The translations under genes and the position numbers were made by a program. A model generated the notes under the pieces. It saw only the letters and a list, made by a program, of their open reading frames with translations, was not told where the DNA came from and did not search any database. Source: a virus (lineage: Duplodnaviria > Heunggongvirae > Uroviricota > Caudoviricetes). Taken from it: DNA of 57,611 nt. Where the stretch lies: the IMG/VR virus record IMGVR_UViG_3300023314_000004, positions 64,001-121,611 of that record. The stretch is one strand, 5' to 3'. Below are positions 39,291 through 48,371 of this stretch, piece after piece; the stretch's first letter is position 1; every line of letters begins with the position of its first letter.

Positions 39291-40873
39291 TGAAAAAATT
39301 ACTTACCATATTGTCGTTATTTATCTGTATTGGAGTTAAATCTCAAACAATATCAGGAGATAAAGGCTATTTTAGAGGTTCTGTACAGTTAAAAACTGTA
39401 CCTGTAACAGATTTTCAAACAGACACCACTTTAAGATTAAATTCAAAACTTCCCACTTCTAAAGCAGTGTGGGATTTTGTAACAGGTAGAACAATAATGC
39501 TTACAGCTGATGCTCCATTATTTTGGAACGGCAATCAAATTAAAATAGATAGTAATACAACTAAAGGATATACAACAAGATTTCAAACACAAAAATCTAT
39601 TGACAGCCTATCTGCTTTGAAATTTTCAGTAGTTGGAGGCACTCTTACAGGAACAGCAGGATCTGGATTTTTAGGTTTACCTGTACAAAGCTCCATTCCT
39701 TCTTCTCCTTCTTCTGGATTGAGGATATATTCTGATGCTGTTGGAAGGCTATCATGGATTAATACATTAGGTTTTTCAAGGACAATAGCATCATATGGAT
39801 TAACCGGCAACAGAATATATCGTGTATATGATAGGGATTATACTTTTGCTGATAGTGCTGATGTGGATAGGCGTTGGTCTTTAATTGGTAATTCTGTAGC
39901 ATACACCGAATTTATTGGATCTACTAATCTTCGACCTTTAAGATTCAGAACTAATAACATTCAAGGCATGGTGCTTGACAGTTTGCAGCGTCTTGGTATT
40001 GGCACTGACACTGTAAATTCTAAACTGAATGTCGTAACAAATGGAATTGGAGCTACTGCTACTAATTCTGCGGGCTTAATTTTAGAAAATAAAGCTACAT
40101 CATCTGTTGGAGCAGTTCAATATTCTCCACCACTAGTAATGTTGGGAACTGGATGGAATACAACAACAGGAGCTTCTTATATTGGAGGATATAGAATGAT
40201 GGCTACTCCAGTGAGCACAATAGGAACGGGAATACCAACAACAGGTTTAGTAATTCAGCAAACTACAGATGGGACGACATGGGCTAATATTGGAACAATT
40301 AATATTATAAGTGGTGTCCCCACTTTTACAATGGGAAGTAATGTATTTGGAAATGCTAGTGTAGCAGGAATTTCTTACACTGCACCTGCTTTAATTGCGA
40401 CTCAGACATTAACGGTTTCTGGTGGTAATACATTCTCGACAGGAACAAATACGAGTGAAACTTTTACAATAAGAAAAAATACCACTAATACAGGTGGTAC
40501 AAATACATCATCAAGTTTATTAATCAACCCCACTTACAATAACTCTGGAGGTACAAACACAGTTTATGGTATTAGATATGCTCCGTCATTATCTAATTTA
40601 ACAGGAACTACGCATAGAGCAATTTTAACAGAATCTGGAACTGTTCTATTTGGTACTGTATCAGGTCAAGTCGGTATTGGTGTCAATTTAACTCCTGCTG
40701 CTTCAGCTATAGTGGACATCACTTCTACTACACAAGGATTTTTACCACCTAGAATGACGCAAGCTCAGAGAAATGCAATATCTTCTCCAGCTGAAGGACT
40801 TATGATTTATCAGACAGATGGTACAAAAGGTTGGTACGGGTATGATGGTTCTTCTTGGGTTATATTAAATTAA
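39290..40873 (+). CDS. Fibre-like protein with Sec signal peptide
   Basis: N-terminus [18 protein letters not shown]|Q; C-terminal [37 protein letters not shown]...YDGSSW motif of Bacteroidota trimeric fibre-like proteins. Confidence 0.7.
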   Translation: MKKLLTILSLFICIGVKSQTISGDKGYFRGSVQLKTVPVTDFQTDTTLRLNSKLPTSKAVWDFVTGRTIMLTADAPLFWNGNQIKIDSNTTKGYTTRFQTQKSIDSLSALKFSVVGGTLTGTAGSGFLGLPVQSSIPSSPSSGLRIYSDAVGRLSWINTLGFSRTIASYGLTGNRIYRVYDRDYTFADSADVDRRWSLIGNSVAYTEFIGSTNLRPLRFRTNNIQGMVLDSLQRLGIGTDTVNSKLNVVTNGIGATATNSAGLILENKATSSVGAVQYSPPLVMLGTGWNTTTGASYIGGYRMMATPVSTIGTGIPTTGLVIQQTTDGTTWANIGTINIISGVPTFTMGSNVFGNASVAGISYTAPALIATQTLTVSGGNTFSTGTNTSETFTIRKNTTNTGGTNTSSSLLINPTYNNSGGTNTVYGIRYAPSLSNLTGTTHRAILTESGTVLFGTVSGQVGIGVNLTPAASAIVDITSTTQGFLPPRMTQAQRNAISSPAEGLMIYQTDGTKGWYGYDGSSWVILN

Positions 40874-40879
40874 TTTATC

Positions 40880-41680
40880 ATGATAGAGATTCTTTGGCTC
40901 ATTCTAAAAGTTTTGATTTTATTATCAATAGCTCTTGTTTATACAAATAATTGTAAAGGTCAAATGCTTAGTGCTCCAGGTAATTATAATCCTTATAATA
41001 TAGGAACTACATATGGAGCAAGAGATACTGCTTGGATTAAATTTGGCAGTGACAGCTTATTTGGTAGAAACATGGAGACAGGAGTTATGGAATTTAAAGG
41101 AATTGCAAATCCTGTAAGAAGAACACCTATTGATGTAATTATAGGATTTCCTTCTTATTTAAAAGATTCTACGATACTTGGACCATTATTCACTCAATCT
41201 AATGTAGTGAAACAATATAAAAACGGGTATAATAAAAATGCTACATTATTAACAGATAGTGTTAATGAAGGAAATAATTTATATTTTACAAATTCCAGAG
41301 CAAGAACAGCAATTTCCTTAACAAATACGTCAGGAGCAGTTAGTTATAATTCCTCTACAGGTGTTATAAATATACCTACAGCTAACGACTATACAAATAC
41401 TGTTAACACTGTTGGAGATAGTGCAGTATTTTATCTTACTTCAGATAAGACATTATCAGGAACAGCTTTATTTACTACCACTCCATATATAAATCCCGTA
41501 GTTAATAATGTAAATGGTAATTACACTTTTGGGTGGACACTCTCAGCTGATAAAAAGACATTAGTGGTTAAAAGCAGAGTGGCAACTAACACAGCCGTTA
41601 TAGCTCTTTTAGGAATTTCTGTTTTAGGTAGCACACAACCTGTTACAACAGGAACTCCAATACAAATATTTGCAAAATAA
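40880..41680 (+). CDS. Signal-peptide/membrane-anchored structural-like protein
   Basis: Hydrophobic N-terminus ending CKG|Q; TDSVNEGNNLYFTNSRARTAIS motif as in phage fibre proteins. Confidence 0.55.
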   Translation: MIEILWLILKVLILLSIALVYTNNCKGQMLSAPGNYNPYNIGTTYGARDTAWIKFGSDSLFGRNMETGVMEFKGIANPVRRTPIDVIIGFPSYLKDSTILGPLFTQSNVVKQYKNGYNKNATLLTDSVNEGNNLYFTNSRARTAISLTNTSGAVSYNSSTGVINIPTANDYTNTVNTVGDSAVFYLTSDKTLSGTALFTTTPYINPVVNNVNGNYTFGWTLSADKKTLVVKSRVATNTAVIALLGISVLGSTQPVTTGTPIQIFAK

Positions 41681-42993
41681 TGGCTGAAATAACTTTACAA
41701 GCTACTACAGAAGATATAATTATATCATCAACTATCATGGTTGAAGCTGGCCAAACATTAGTGTTTGGTAAAAATCAAGTGGTAAAATTTGAGAATGGTG
41801 GTAAAATAATGGGCAATGGTAGACTATTAGGAGGAATTATTTCTGCTCCTTTAACCAGACAAATATTTGGAGAAAATGTTATTGTAGATTTTGAAAACAC
41901 ATTTGATACAGCAACAAGTCTTGGCTGGTTTGTTACTCCAGGTAGTGTAGATAATTATAAAGGGATTAACAATGCAATACAAACTATTTTAAGAAATAGC
42001 AATAGATTAAGATATTTATTTGTCCCTAAAGGAGTGTATACACATAGTCAGCCTATAAAAATATGTGATTTAAATGATGCTGAAACAGCATATAATCAAG
42101 TGACAATAAAAATATGTGGGGAAACTAGCTATTGGGACAGCTCACAAGGATCTATATTTAATTATACAGGGTTAGATCAATTTGCTCTAGGAATTCAAGT
42201 TGGTAAGGGTGTAGAGATTGCTCATTTACAGTTCAATGGTAAATATATATCTCCGGATATTTCTAACCCAACTAAACTTTTATCAGTATATAAGACAACT
42301 CCAGCTACTTATGACAATCTGTCAAATAAAACTACAGGTGATTATGCAGCTATAAAGATTGATTTTGATGAATTTAAAACAAGAAGTGGTTCTACAGGAC
42401 TTCACATTCATGATATAATCATTTATAATTTTTCGACAGGAATAGCTCTCAGTCAAAATTATAGAACTCAAAACGACGAAATAAATTTATTTGAAAGAAT
42501 ACAGTTTAAAAATGTTAAGATGGGCGTTTTAACAGGACAGGCTCAAGAAAAACTAAATATTTTTAGAGGTTTGTATAGTTGGGGTCAAATGCATACATTA
42601 TTTTCTGCTGGTAAAACAGGAGCTAAACAATGTGGTTTCTACAAAATAGAGGATGTTAATATAGCAGGAAATTGCATAAGATTATTTGACATAGATCAGG
42701 GTGGTTGGTTCCCAATATGTATTACTAATGTTTATGCAGAAAATATATATTGTATAGGAAATCTTTGGTCAACTATAGGACTTAACCTAACTTTGACACA
42801 ATCAGTGATACAACTAAGAAAAAAATCAGAAGTAGGAGAGAGAGAAATTGTGTATGCTGCCGGTTTAAATGTTGAAATGTCTTATTTAAATTTAAGATAC
42901 TATGATGATTTAAACACCAATATTGAGGTTAAATTAAGGAGTGGTGCTTCTTTTGTAAAATCTTATATTCCAAATCCACTAAAATATAATTAA
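41680..42993 (+). CDS. Tailspike-like right-handed beta-helix (pectate-lyase-like) protein, putative depolymerase
   Basis: DNYKGINNAI...LFVPKGVY..SQPIKI motif typical of Pectate_lyase_3-like N-termini, followed by I/V-rich beta-helix repeats; no signal peptide. Confidence 0.6.
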   Translation: MAEITLQATTEDIIISSTIMVEAGQTLVFGKNQVVKFENGGKIMGNGRLLGGIISAPLTRQIFGENVIVDFENTFDTATSLGWFVTPGSVDNYKGINNAIQTILRNSNRLRYLFVPKGVYTHSQPIKICDLNDAETAYNQVTIKICGETSYWDSSQGSIFNYTGLDQFALGIQVGKGVEIAHLQFNGKYISPDISNPTKLLSVYKTTPATYDNLSNKTTGDYAAIKIDFDEFKTRSGSTGLHIHDIIIYNFSTGIALSQNYRTQNDEINLFERIQFKNVKMGVLTGQAQEKLNIFRGLYSWGQMHTLFSAGKTGAKQCGFYKIEDVNIAGNCIRLFDIDQGGWFPICITNVYAENIYCIGNLWSTIGLNLTLTQSVIQLRKKSEVGEREIVYAAGLNVEMSYLNLRYYDDLNTNIEVKLRSGASFVKSYIPNPLKYN

Positions 42994-42995
42994 AA

Positions 42996-43220
42996 ATGCC
43001 AGCAGTAGAAACAATTATCAAAATTAAAGTAGGAGCACCTATTAGGTACACAACTACAGATCCAATTGTGATTAATTATGTCACTGGATCAGGTACATCT
43101 ACTAATATTAATGATGCCTATGTTTATCCAAGTTTAGCTTTAGCTGAAGCAGCGATTGTTGCAACAGGAGAAGATCTTGAAACAGGTAGACTAGGAACAA
43201 GACCTAGACCTCATGCTTAA
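42996..43220 (+). CDS. Small hypothetical structural protein (74 aa)
   Basis: In-operon ORF with A-rich leader, stop overlapping the next gene. Confidence 0.55.
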   Translation: MPAVETIIKIKVGAPIRYTTTDPIVINYVTGSGTSTNINDAYVYPSLALAEAAIVATGEDLETGRLGTRPRPHA

Positions 43221-43695
43221 AAGAATTAATAACATGACCCTAGCCTTAATTGGGGTCATGTTCTTTGAATTTCCTTCTTTATTATTTGATGTTATTAATC
43301 AATTAGGTTTTGAAGATTTCATAATTAAAAAAGCTAGTTGGATTTTAAATGAATTAACAGGTAAAGTAGAGAAAGGTGTAGATTACACATTTTCTTTATT
43401 ATTATCTAATATTGGAGAAAATATAAGAGATTTAGCTTTCACTTACATACTACTTAGACTTTCTACTAGTAAAAACTGGCGTAGATTTTGGCTTTGCTAT
43501 ATAGATTTTATAATGGTTAATTTTGTATTTGATATTTTAACAAATCCATATGAATTTCACCAAGAAAAACTAATAAACGCTCTAATAGCTGTTATTATAC
43601 ATATAATACTTTATAAATATAAAAATGAAAAAGATATTAACTACTTTATTGATCCTATTGATATTAGGAACGACACAGGCTCAGACAGCAGGTAA
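43213..43695 (+). CDS. Hypothetical multi-pass membrane protein
   Basis: Three to four hydrophobic segments; overlaps the next gene by 71 nt. Confidence 0.55.
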   Translation: MLKRINNMTLALIGVMFFEFPSLLFDVINQLGFEDFIIKKASWILNELTGKVEKGVDYTFSLLLSNIGENIRDLAFTYILLRLSTSKNWRRFWLCYIDFIMVNFVFDILTNPYEFHQEKLINALIAVIIHIILYKYKNEKDINYFIDPIDIRNDTGSDSR

Positions 43696-44839
43696 GCAAT
43701 TTGCTTGGAATTTTGTAAAGTTTAAAAATCAATGGACTACAGGCTATACTTGGGGACTACTATATCTACCTAAAAGTTTCTACAGTGATACAACTAAAAA
43801 ATATCCAACAATAGTTTTTTCACATGGTTTAGGTCATCAAGCAAATCCAACTACACAACTAACAGCAGAAACTCTTTTACCTAAGAATGGGTTGCCTCAG
43901 TTAATTAAAGATGGCACTGTCACACCTGTTTATATTGATCCTGGAGATGGGAAAGAATATGAATTTATTGTTGTCTCTTTAGAGGGAGATTTTGGTGCTC
44001 CTTTAGCAGCTTTCTCCGAATTTGCTGTAAATAACGATAGCCTCATATCTAAAAGAATAGATAGAAATGCTTTATACTTAACAGGATTATCAGCTGGTGG
44101 TGGTGAAGTATTTAATTGGGTGTTGACATCAAAGGCTTTTGCTAAAGAAGTAGCAGCTATTGTTCCAATGTCTTCTGTTTATTGGGCCACTGCTTTAGAA
44201 AATAACTTTGCATATCCTAATGATGATAGTGTTAAAGTTTGGGCATTTCACGGACCAAATGATGCAACTACATCTTATGCAGCTAGTAAAACATTTACAG
44301 ATAAAGTGAAAGGTTCTCGTCTTACACCACTTCCAGTGTCCCATAGTAATTGGAACTCTATTTATAATGGTCTATACAAGGAGAATTTTGTAGTAAATGG
44401 TGTTACAAAAAGTCTTAATATATATGAGTGGATGCTTTGGAATAGAAAAAATCGACCTGTTGCTGTTAATAAAGTGCCTACAGTGAGAAGTTTTAAGACT
44501 CAATATACATTTCCTTCTACATCTATTTCTACCACTATAGACGCTACTGATAGTGATGGTGTGATAAAGACATATCAATGGATTAAACCTAAAACAGGTG
44601 TAACAGGTGTTAAGGATAGTACAGCTAAAACTACAGAAATATCAGCTATGGTTCCAGGGGAATATTCTTTTAATATAGTTGTAACAGACGATAAAGGGGC
44701 TAAAGGTTATGGTGTTATTACATTAATAGTGTTAGAAGAACCTACAGTACAGCTTGGAGAATTTAATTTTAATGGATGTGTATTTAAGTTTTATGGCAAG
44801 AAATCTTCTCCTAAAACTGGTACTTATATTATACAATAA
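43625..44839 (+). CDS. Secreted alpha/beta-hydrolase (esterase-like) with C-terminal PKD-like domain
   Basis: Signal peptide MKKILTTLLILLILGTTQA|Q; oxyanion FSHGLG, nucleophile elbow GLSAGG (44084-44101), WAFHGPND (Asp), SHSNW (His); PKD-like DSDGVI..YQW...PGEYSF..VVTDDKGA. Confidence 0.8.
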   Translation: MKKILTTLLILLILGTTQAQTAGKQFAWNFVKFKNQWTTGYTWGLLYLPKSFYSDTTKKYPTIVFSHGLGHQANPTTQLTAETLLPKNGLPQLIKDGTVTPVYIDPGDGKEYEFIVVSLEGDFGAPLAAFSEFAVNNDSLISKRIDRNALYLTGLSAGGGEVFNWVLTSKAFAKEVAAIVPMSSVYWATALENNFAYPNDDSVKVWAFHGPNDATTSYAASKTFTDKVKGSRLTPLPVSHSNWNSIYNGLYKENFVVNGVTKSLNIYEWMLWNRKNRPVAVNKVPTVRSFKTQYTFPSTSISTTIDATDSDGVIKTYQWIKPKTGVTGVKDSTAKTTEISAMVPGEYSFNIVVTDDKGAKGYGVITLIVLEEPTVQLGEFNFNGCVFKFYGKKSSPKTGTYIIQ

Positions 44840-46743
44840 TGAAATACATATTAACTATATTATTGGCCTCTATCTGCTTATTTACAAAAGCTCAGGCTCC
44901 TCCTATGAATGATGTATTTGTAGGAGAATACCAAAATAGTTTTAAAAGTATATTTGATCGTGTTTACATGACTGCAAATACAGGTGGAATTATTTCTTTA
45001 GAGGATTGCGGACTTAGTGGAATCACTTACGGTGGTGGTGGCCAATATCATAACATTGCAGGTAAGGGATCTACCAAGCAAATCTGGGATTTACGTAGGA
45101 ACACTGCTCAAAATAAGGTGATTACTAAGATTACTAATTTAGATGGTACAGATTTCTTATGTGATAGTGCAATTGGATTTTTCCAGTCTAACTTATATAT
45201 TAAAAATGGAGAAATTTGGTACAGTTCCAATTCTGTAAACGTAGATGGTCGTGACCCTTTAAATCAAAATGGAGGTGTGGATAATCGTTATCCTTATCCG
45301 TTAATACAACCACCTGGTAGCAGAACTGTTATAGATGTTGTAGCAGGAGCAAATACACCGCCTTCAGGAGCTATAGCAATAGTAAGATGTTCTGATAATA
45401 CATTATGGCAGTATGATAGAACTAGAACAACTCCTATTCAACTATCTTACTCTGGTACTTTATTGAAAGTAACACAAGTGGGATATTTTGCAACAGTGAT
45501 TGAAACTACTACAGATTTATTAGCTAGAGGTTATTTTGCTTCTTATGTAGGAGGAACTAACCTTACTCAGAATGGACCTTTCACATCTATAAAAGCTAAA
45601 TATGTAGCAGCAGGGGTTAAATTTCCATTAATTGAACTAAAAGGTGGTTATCATACAATGGGTATGATTGATGCTCTTAATAACCAATATTGGATGGGTA
45701 GTAATGTCAATGGTGAATTTGGTAATGGCTTAGAATACAATCCTTATAGAACAAGACCTACTTTTCCTTGGCTTTGGAATTTTGCTAATGGTGAACTAGT
45801 AGCTACTGCTCCTGTTTATATTCCAGGTAAAATACAACACTTATATCTCACTCCAAATATTGCTTTCTACTCATTCGTAATGGATATGGGAGGTAAATTA
45901 TACTCTAAAGGACGTAATAAAAACTATTCTCTTGCTAATGGTGAAGCTTTAGTAATTGGTAATGGAACAGATGCTGGTGGTGGTCAAGATAAATTTCCTA
46001 ATGGTTTAGATCAACCTTTTGATGGAGAAATCAATCTAAATGCTAGGTATGTATTAAGAGTGTTTAACCCTTCAGTTCAACAAGCTCCAAGAGCTTCTGC
46101 TGGTATAGATCAATACATTACAACAGATACTTCAAGACTTTGGGGACAGGGTAGTAGTAAACAAGAAGGTACAATTACCTCAAGATTTTGGACTCAGCTT
46201 TCAGGACCAAACACTGTATCAATAGCAACAGCAGCTATAGCAAACACTCCTATATCTGGATTAGTTGCCGGTACTTATACATTTGAAGAAAGGGTAACAG
46301 ATCAAAATGGTGTAATAGATAGAGATACAGTTTCTGTAACAACAACATTTACACCTCCTACAACACCAGATATTACAAACACTTATTCAGCTTTTGTATA
46401 CAGCTATATACAAGGAAATGGCCCTTCTTTACAATCTAACACTTTTAGTATTTTAGGTAGTAGCCTATCTCCTACTTCAGGAAATATCATTGTTACACCT
46501 TCTACAAATTTTGAAGTTTATGATGGATCTACATGGCAATCTAGTGCTTTTAATATAGCTTATACTGGAGGAACTATTTCTACATCTAGTATATACAGAA
46601 TTAGATTAAAAGCAGGACTAACAGCAAATACTTACTCGGAAAATATTACAATCAACGGAGGTGGAGCATCTTCAACTATTCCTGTAACAGGTTCAGTATT
46701 ATCTGCTCCTACAGGTCCTAGTTGTATATGTACTACCAATTAG
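44839..46743 (+). CDS. Secreted RCC1-like beta-propeller protein with PKD-like and Ig-like domains
   Basis: Signal peptide MKYILTILLASICLFTKA|Q; RCC1-like repeats (YWMGSNVNGEFGNG, LYSKGRNKNYSLANG); PKD-like ASAGIDQ...WTQLSGP...GLVAGTYTF..VTD; C-terminal Ig-like domain. Confidence 0.7.
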   Translation: MKYILTILLASICLFTKAQAPPMNDVFVGEYQNSFKSIFDRVYMTANTGGIISLEDCGLSGITYGGGGQYHNIAGKGSTKQIWDLRRNTAQNKVITKITNLDGTDFLCDSAIGFFQSNLYIKNGEIWYSSNSVNVDGRDPLNQNGGVDNRYPYPLIQPPGSRTVIDVVAGANTPPSGAIAIVRCSDNTLWQYDRTRTTPIQLSYSGTLLKVTQVGYFATVIETTTDLLARGYFASYVGGTNLTQNGPFTSIKAKYVAAGVKFPLIELKGGYHTMGMIDALNNQYWMGSNVNGEFGNGLEYNPYRTRPTFPWLWNFANGELVATAPVYIPGKIQHLYLTPNIAFYSFVMDMGGKLYSKGRNKNYSLANGEALVIGNGTDAGGGQDKFPNGLDQPFDGEINLNARYVLRVFNPSVQQAPRASAGIDQYITTDTSRLWGQGSSKQEGTITSRFWTQLSGPNTVSIATAAIANTPISGLVAGTYTFEERVTDQNGVIDRDTVSVTTTFTPPTTPDITNTYSAFVYSYIQGNGPSLQSNTFSILGSSLSPTSGNIIVTPSTNFEVYDGSTWQSSAFNIAYTGGTISTSSIYRIRLKAGLTANTYSENITINGGGASSTIPVTGSVLSAPTGPSCICTTN

Positions 46744-46754
46744 AAAGGACATGA

Positions 46755-47087
46755 ATGAAAAATCTCAAATGGTTTCAATGGCTTTTGTCTCTAGACAAAG
46801 ACAAATTGGTATTGGTTTTGTTGTTTATAGGAATGAGTTATTTATATTTCAATCTTAAATCTTCACAAACCGAGAACAATGGTTTAAAAGATGAAAAATA
46901 TAAATATGCTCTTACCCAATTGAGAGCTTGTGACAGTATTAATGCTATTCTTAAAGCAGAAAATATTCAATTTTACAAAGATCAGATTAAAAGATTAGAA
47001 GAAAATCTTTCTAAAATAGATACAGCTATCAGGGTTAATAAAACTGTAATCCAAGATAACATGAAACTATTAAAGAAATTGAAATGA
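46755..47087 (+). CDS. Membrane protein with coiled coil (holin- or spanin-like)
   Basis: One N-terminal TM helix (LVLVLLFIGMSYLYF) followed by a coiled coil. Confidence 0.45.
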   Translation: MKNLKWFQWLLSLDKDKLVLVLLFIGMSYLYFNLKSSQTENNGLKDEKYKYALTQLRACDSINAILKAENIQFYKDQIKRLEENLSKIDTAIRVNKTVIQDNMKLLKKLK

Positions 47088-47296
47088 AATTAAGATCAGT
47101 AACCGTAGCAGCATTTTTATATTTATTAATATGGCCTCCATCCGTAGGTGATACTCAACCTATTGTCCATCATGAGCTAACGTATAAAGAAAAAATAGAT
47201 TCGTTAGAATCAGAAAAAAATAATAAATTGCAACTCCTAAATACACAAGAGGAAACAATTAAAATATTTAATAAGTTATGGAAAGAAAGAAAATAA
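47084..47296 (+). CDS. Small exported/membrane coiled-coil protein
   Basis: Hydrophobic N-terminus VTVAAFLYLLIWPP; ATGA-coupled to the upstream gene. Confidence 0.5.
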   Translation: MKLRSVTVAAFLYLLIWPPSVGDTQPIVHHELTYKEKIDSLESEKNNKLQLLNTQEETIKIFNKLWKERK

Positions 47297-48036
47297 TTGG
47301 GGGAGCTGTTATAGCAGTGTTAATATTAGTTATTATACTTACTCAAACTTGTAAAAAACCTAAAAATGATGTTATAGAGGATATATCTGTTCCTATTTCT
47401 CAAAATACAGAACAACTATATATTAATGATAGCTTAAAAGCTGTCAAACAATCAATACTCTTAGCTGAAAGTAAGCAAACTATAAATAACTTACAAGACA
47501 GTATTGAAAAAATAGTTTCAGCTTATGCTCAAATAAAACCTACAACAGTTATTAGGTATGTAGAAAATTCTACATATAAAGATAAAGTGGGGCAATATCA
47601 GGACAGCCTATCTACTCTCATTGATACACTTATTTCTCTTAAAAATCAGAATGTAGAGTATACAAAATATATAAATTCTAAAACAATTCCTTACGTTATA
47701 TCAGATAAGTGGTTTACACAAAAAGGTTCATTTGATCTTAAAGGAAGTATTAAAATAGATTCTCTTAAAATAATTAGTGAGCCTTATGTGATACTAGGGG
47801 AAAAAGGTAAATGGTATCAAAGGAAAACCATTACAGCCTTAGTAGGTAATAAAAATCCTAATATAGTGCAAAATAATTTACAATCTTTCACATATAAACC
47901 AAAAACTCCTGTCCAATTCTCTGGAGGTCCAGTTATATTAACTAATGGAACTCAAACCAGTGTTGGAGCAGGAATAACAATTAAAAAAGGCTTACTAAGC
48001 TTAACAGTAGGTTATCAACTTAAAAATTTAAACTAA
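47278..48036 (+). CDS. Putative spanin-like envelope protein
   Basis: TM or lipoprotein-like N-terminus (IILTQTC-KKPK), periplasmic-type coiled coil, amphipathic C-terminal beta strands ending LTVGYQLKNLN. Confidence 0.5.
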   Translation: MERKKIIGGAVIAVLILVIILTQTCKKPKNDVIEDISVPISQNTEQLYINDSLKAVKQSILLAESKQTINNLQDSIEKIVSAYAQIKPTTVIRYVENSTYKDKVGQYQDSLSTLIDTLISLKNQNVEYTKYINSKTIPYVISDKWFTQKGSFDLKGSIKIDSLKIISEPYVILGEKGKWYQRKTITALVGNKNPNIVQNNLQSFTYKPKTPVQFSGGPVILTNGTQTSVGAGITIKKGLLSLTVGYQLKNLN

Positions 48037-48371
48037 TGTCAACATTTCAACCAATCAATGTATTTGACTTTTTAAAAGAATTTGTGACAAGACTTGGGAA
48101 AAAGAATCCTAAATTCTTCACTATCCTAAGCTACATTCTTACAGCTGCTGGTTTGATCACTGGTATTCCTGCTTTCTTGGAATATACAGGTGTAGTTCTT
48201 CCTGAAGCTTTACAAGTATTATCTAGTAAAGTAGTTGCTTACGCTGCTGCTGTAGGTGTGTTTTTAACTAATCTTACAGTGGACGATGCTACAGAAGTAG
48301 CAGCTGCTGAACCAGAAAAACTTCCTGTTACAGCTAAAGCTGAGAATAACAAAGTAGTAGAAGGTAAATAA
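48036..48371 (+). CDS. Putative holin
   Basis: 111 aa, two TM helices after a basic GKKNPKFF segment, charged C-terminal tail. Confidence 0.5.
   Translation: MSTFQPINVFDFLKEFVTRLGKKNPKFFTILSYILTAAGLITGIPAFLEYTGVVLPEALQVLSSKVVAYAAAVGVFLTNLTVDDATEVAAAEPEKLPVTAKAENNKVVEGK

Noticed and set aside
587-44578. Short antisense or alternate-frame ORFs in the track (e.g. 587-784, 3492-3725, 4037-4225, 4821-5129, 8744-9085, 16251-16532, 26828-27217, 36220-36402, 36725-37045, 44372-44578) and 53419-53637
   Set aside because: All are nested in or largely overlap long, well-supported genes, have no recognisable motifs or leaders, and have shadow-ORF composition.
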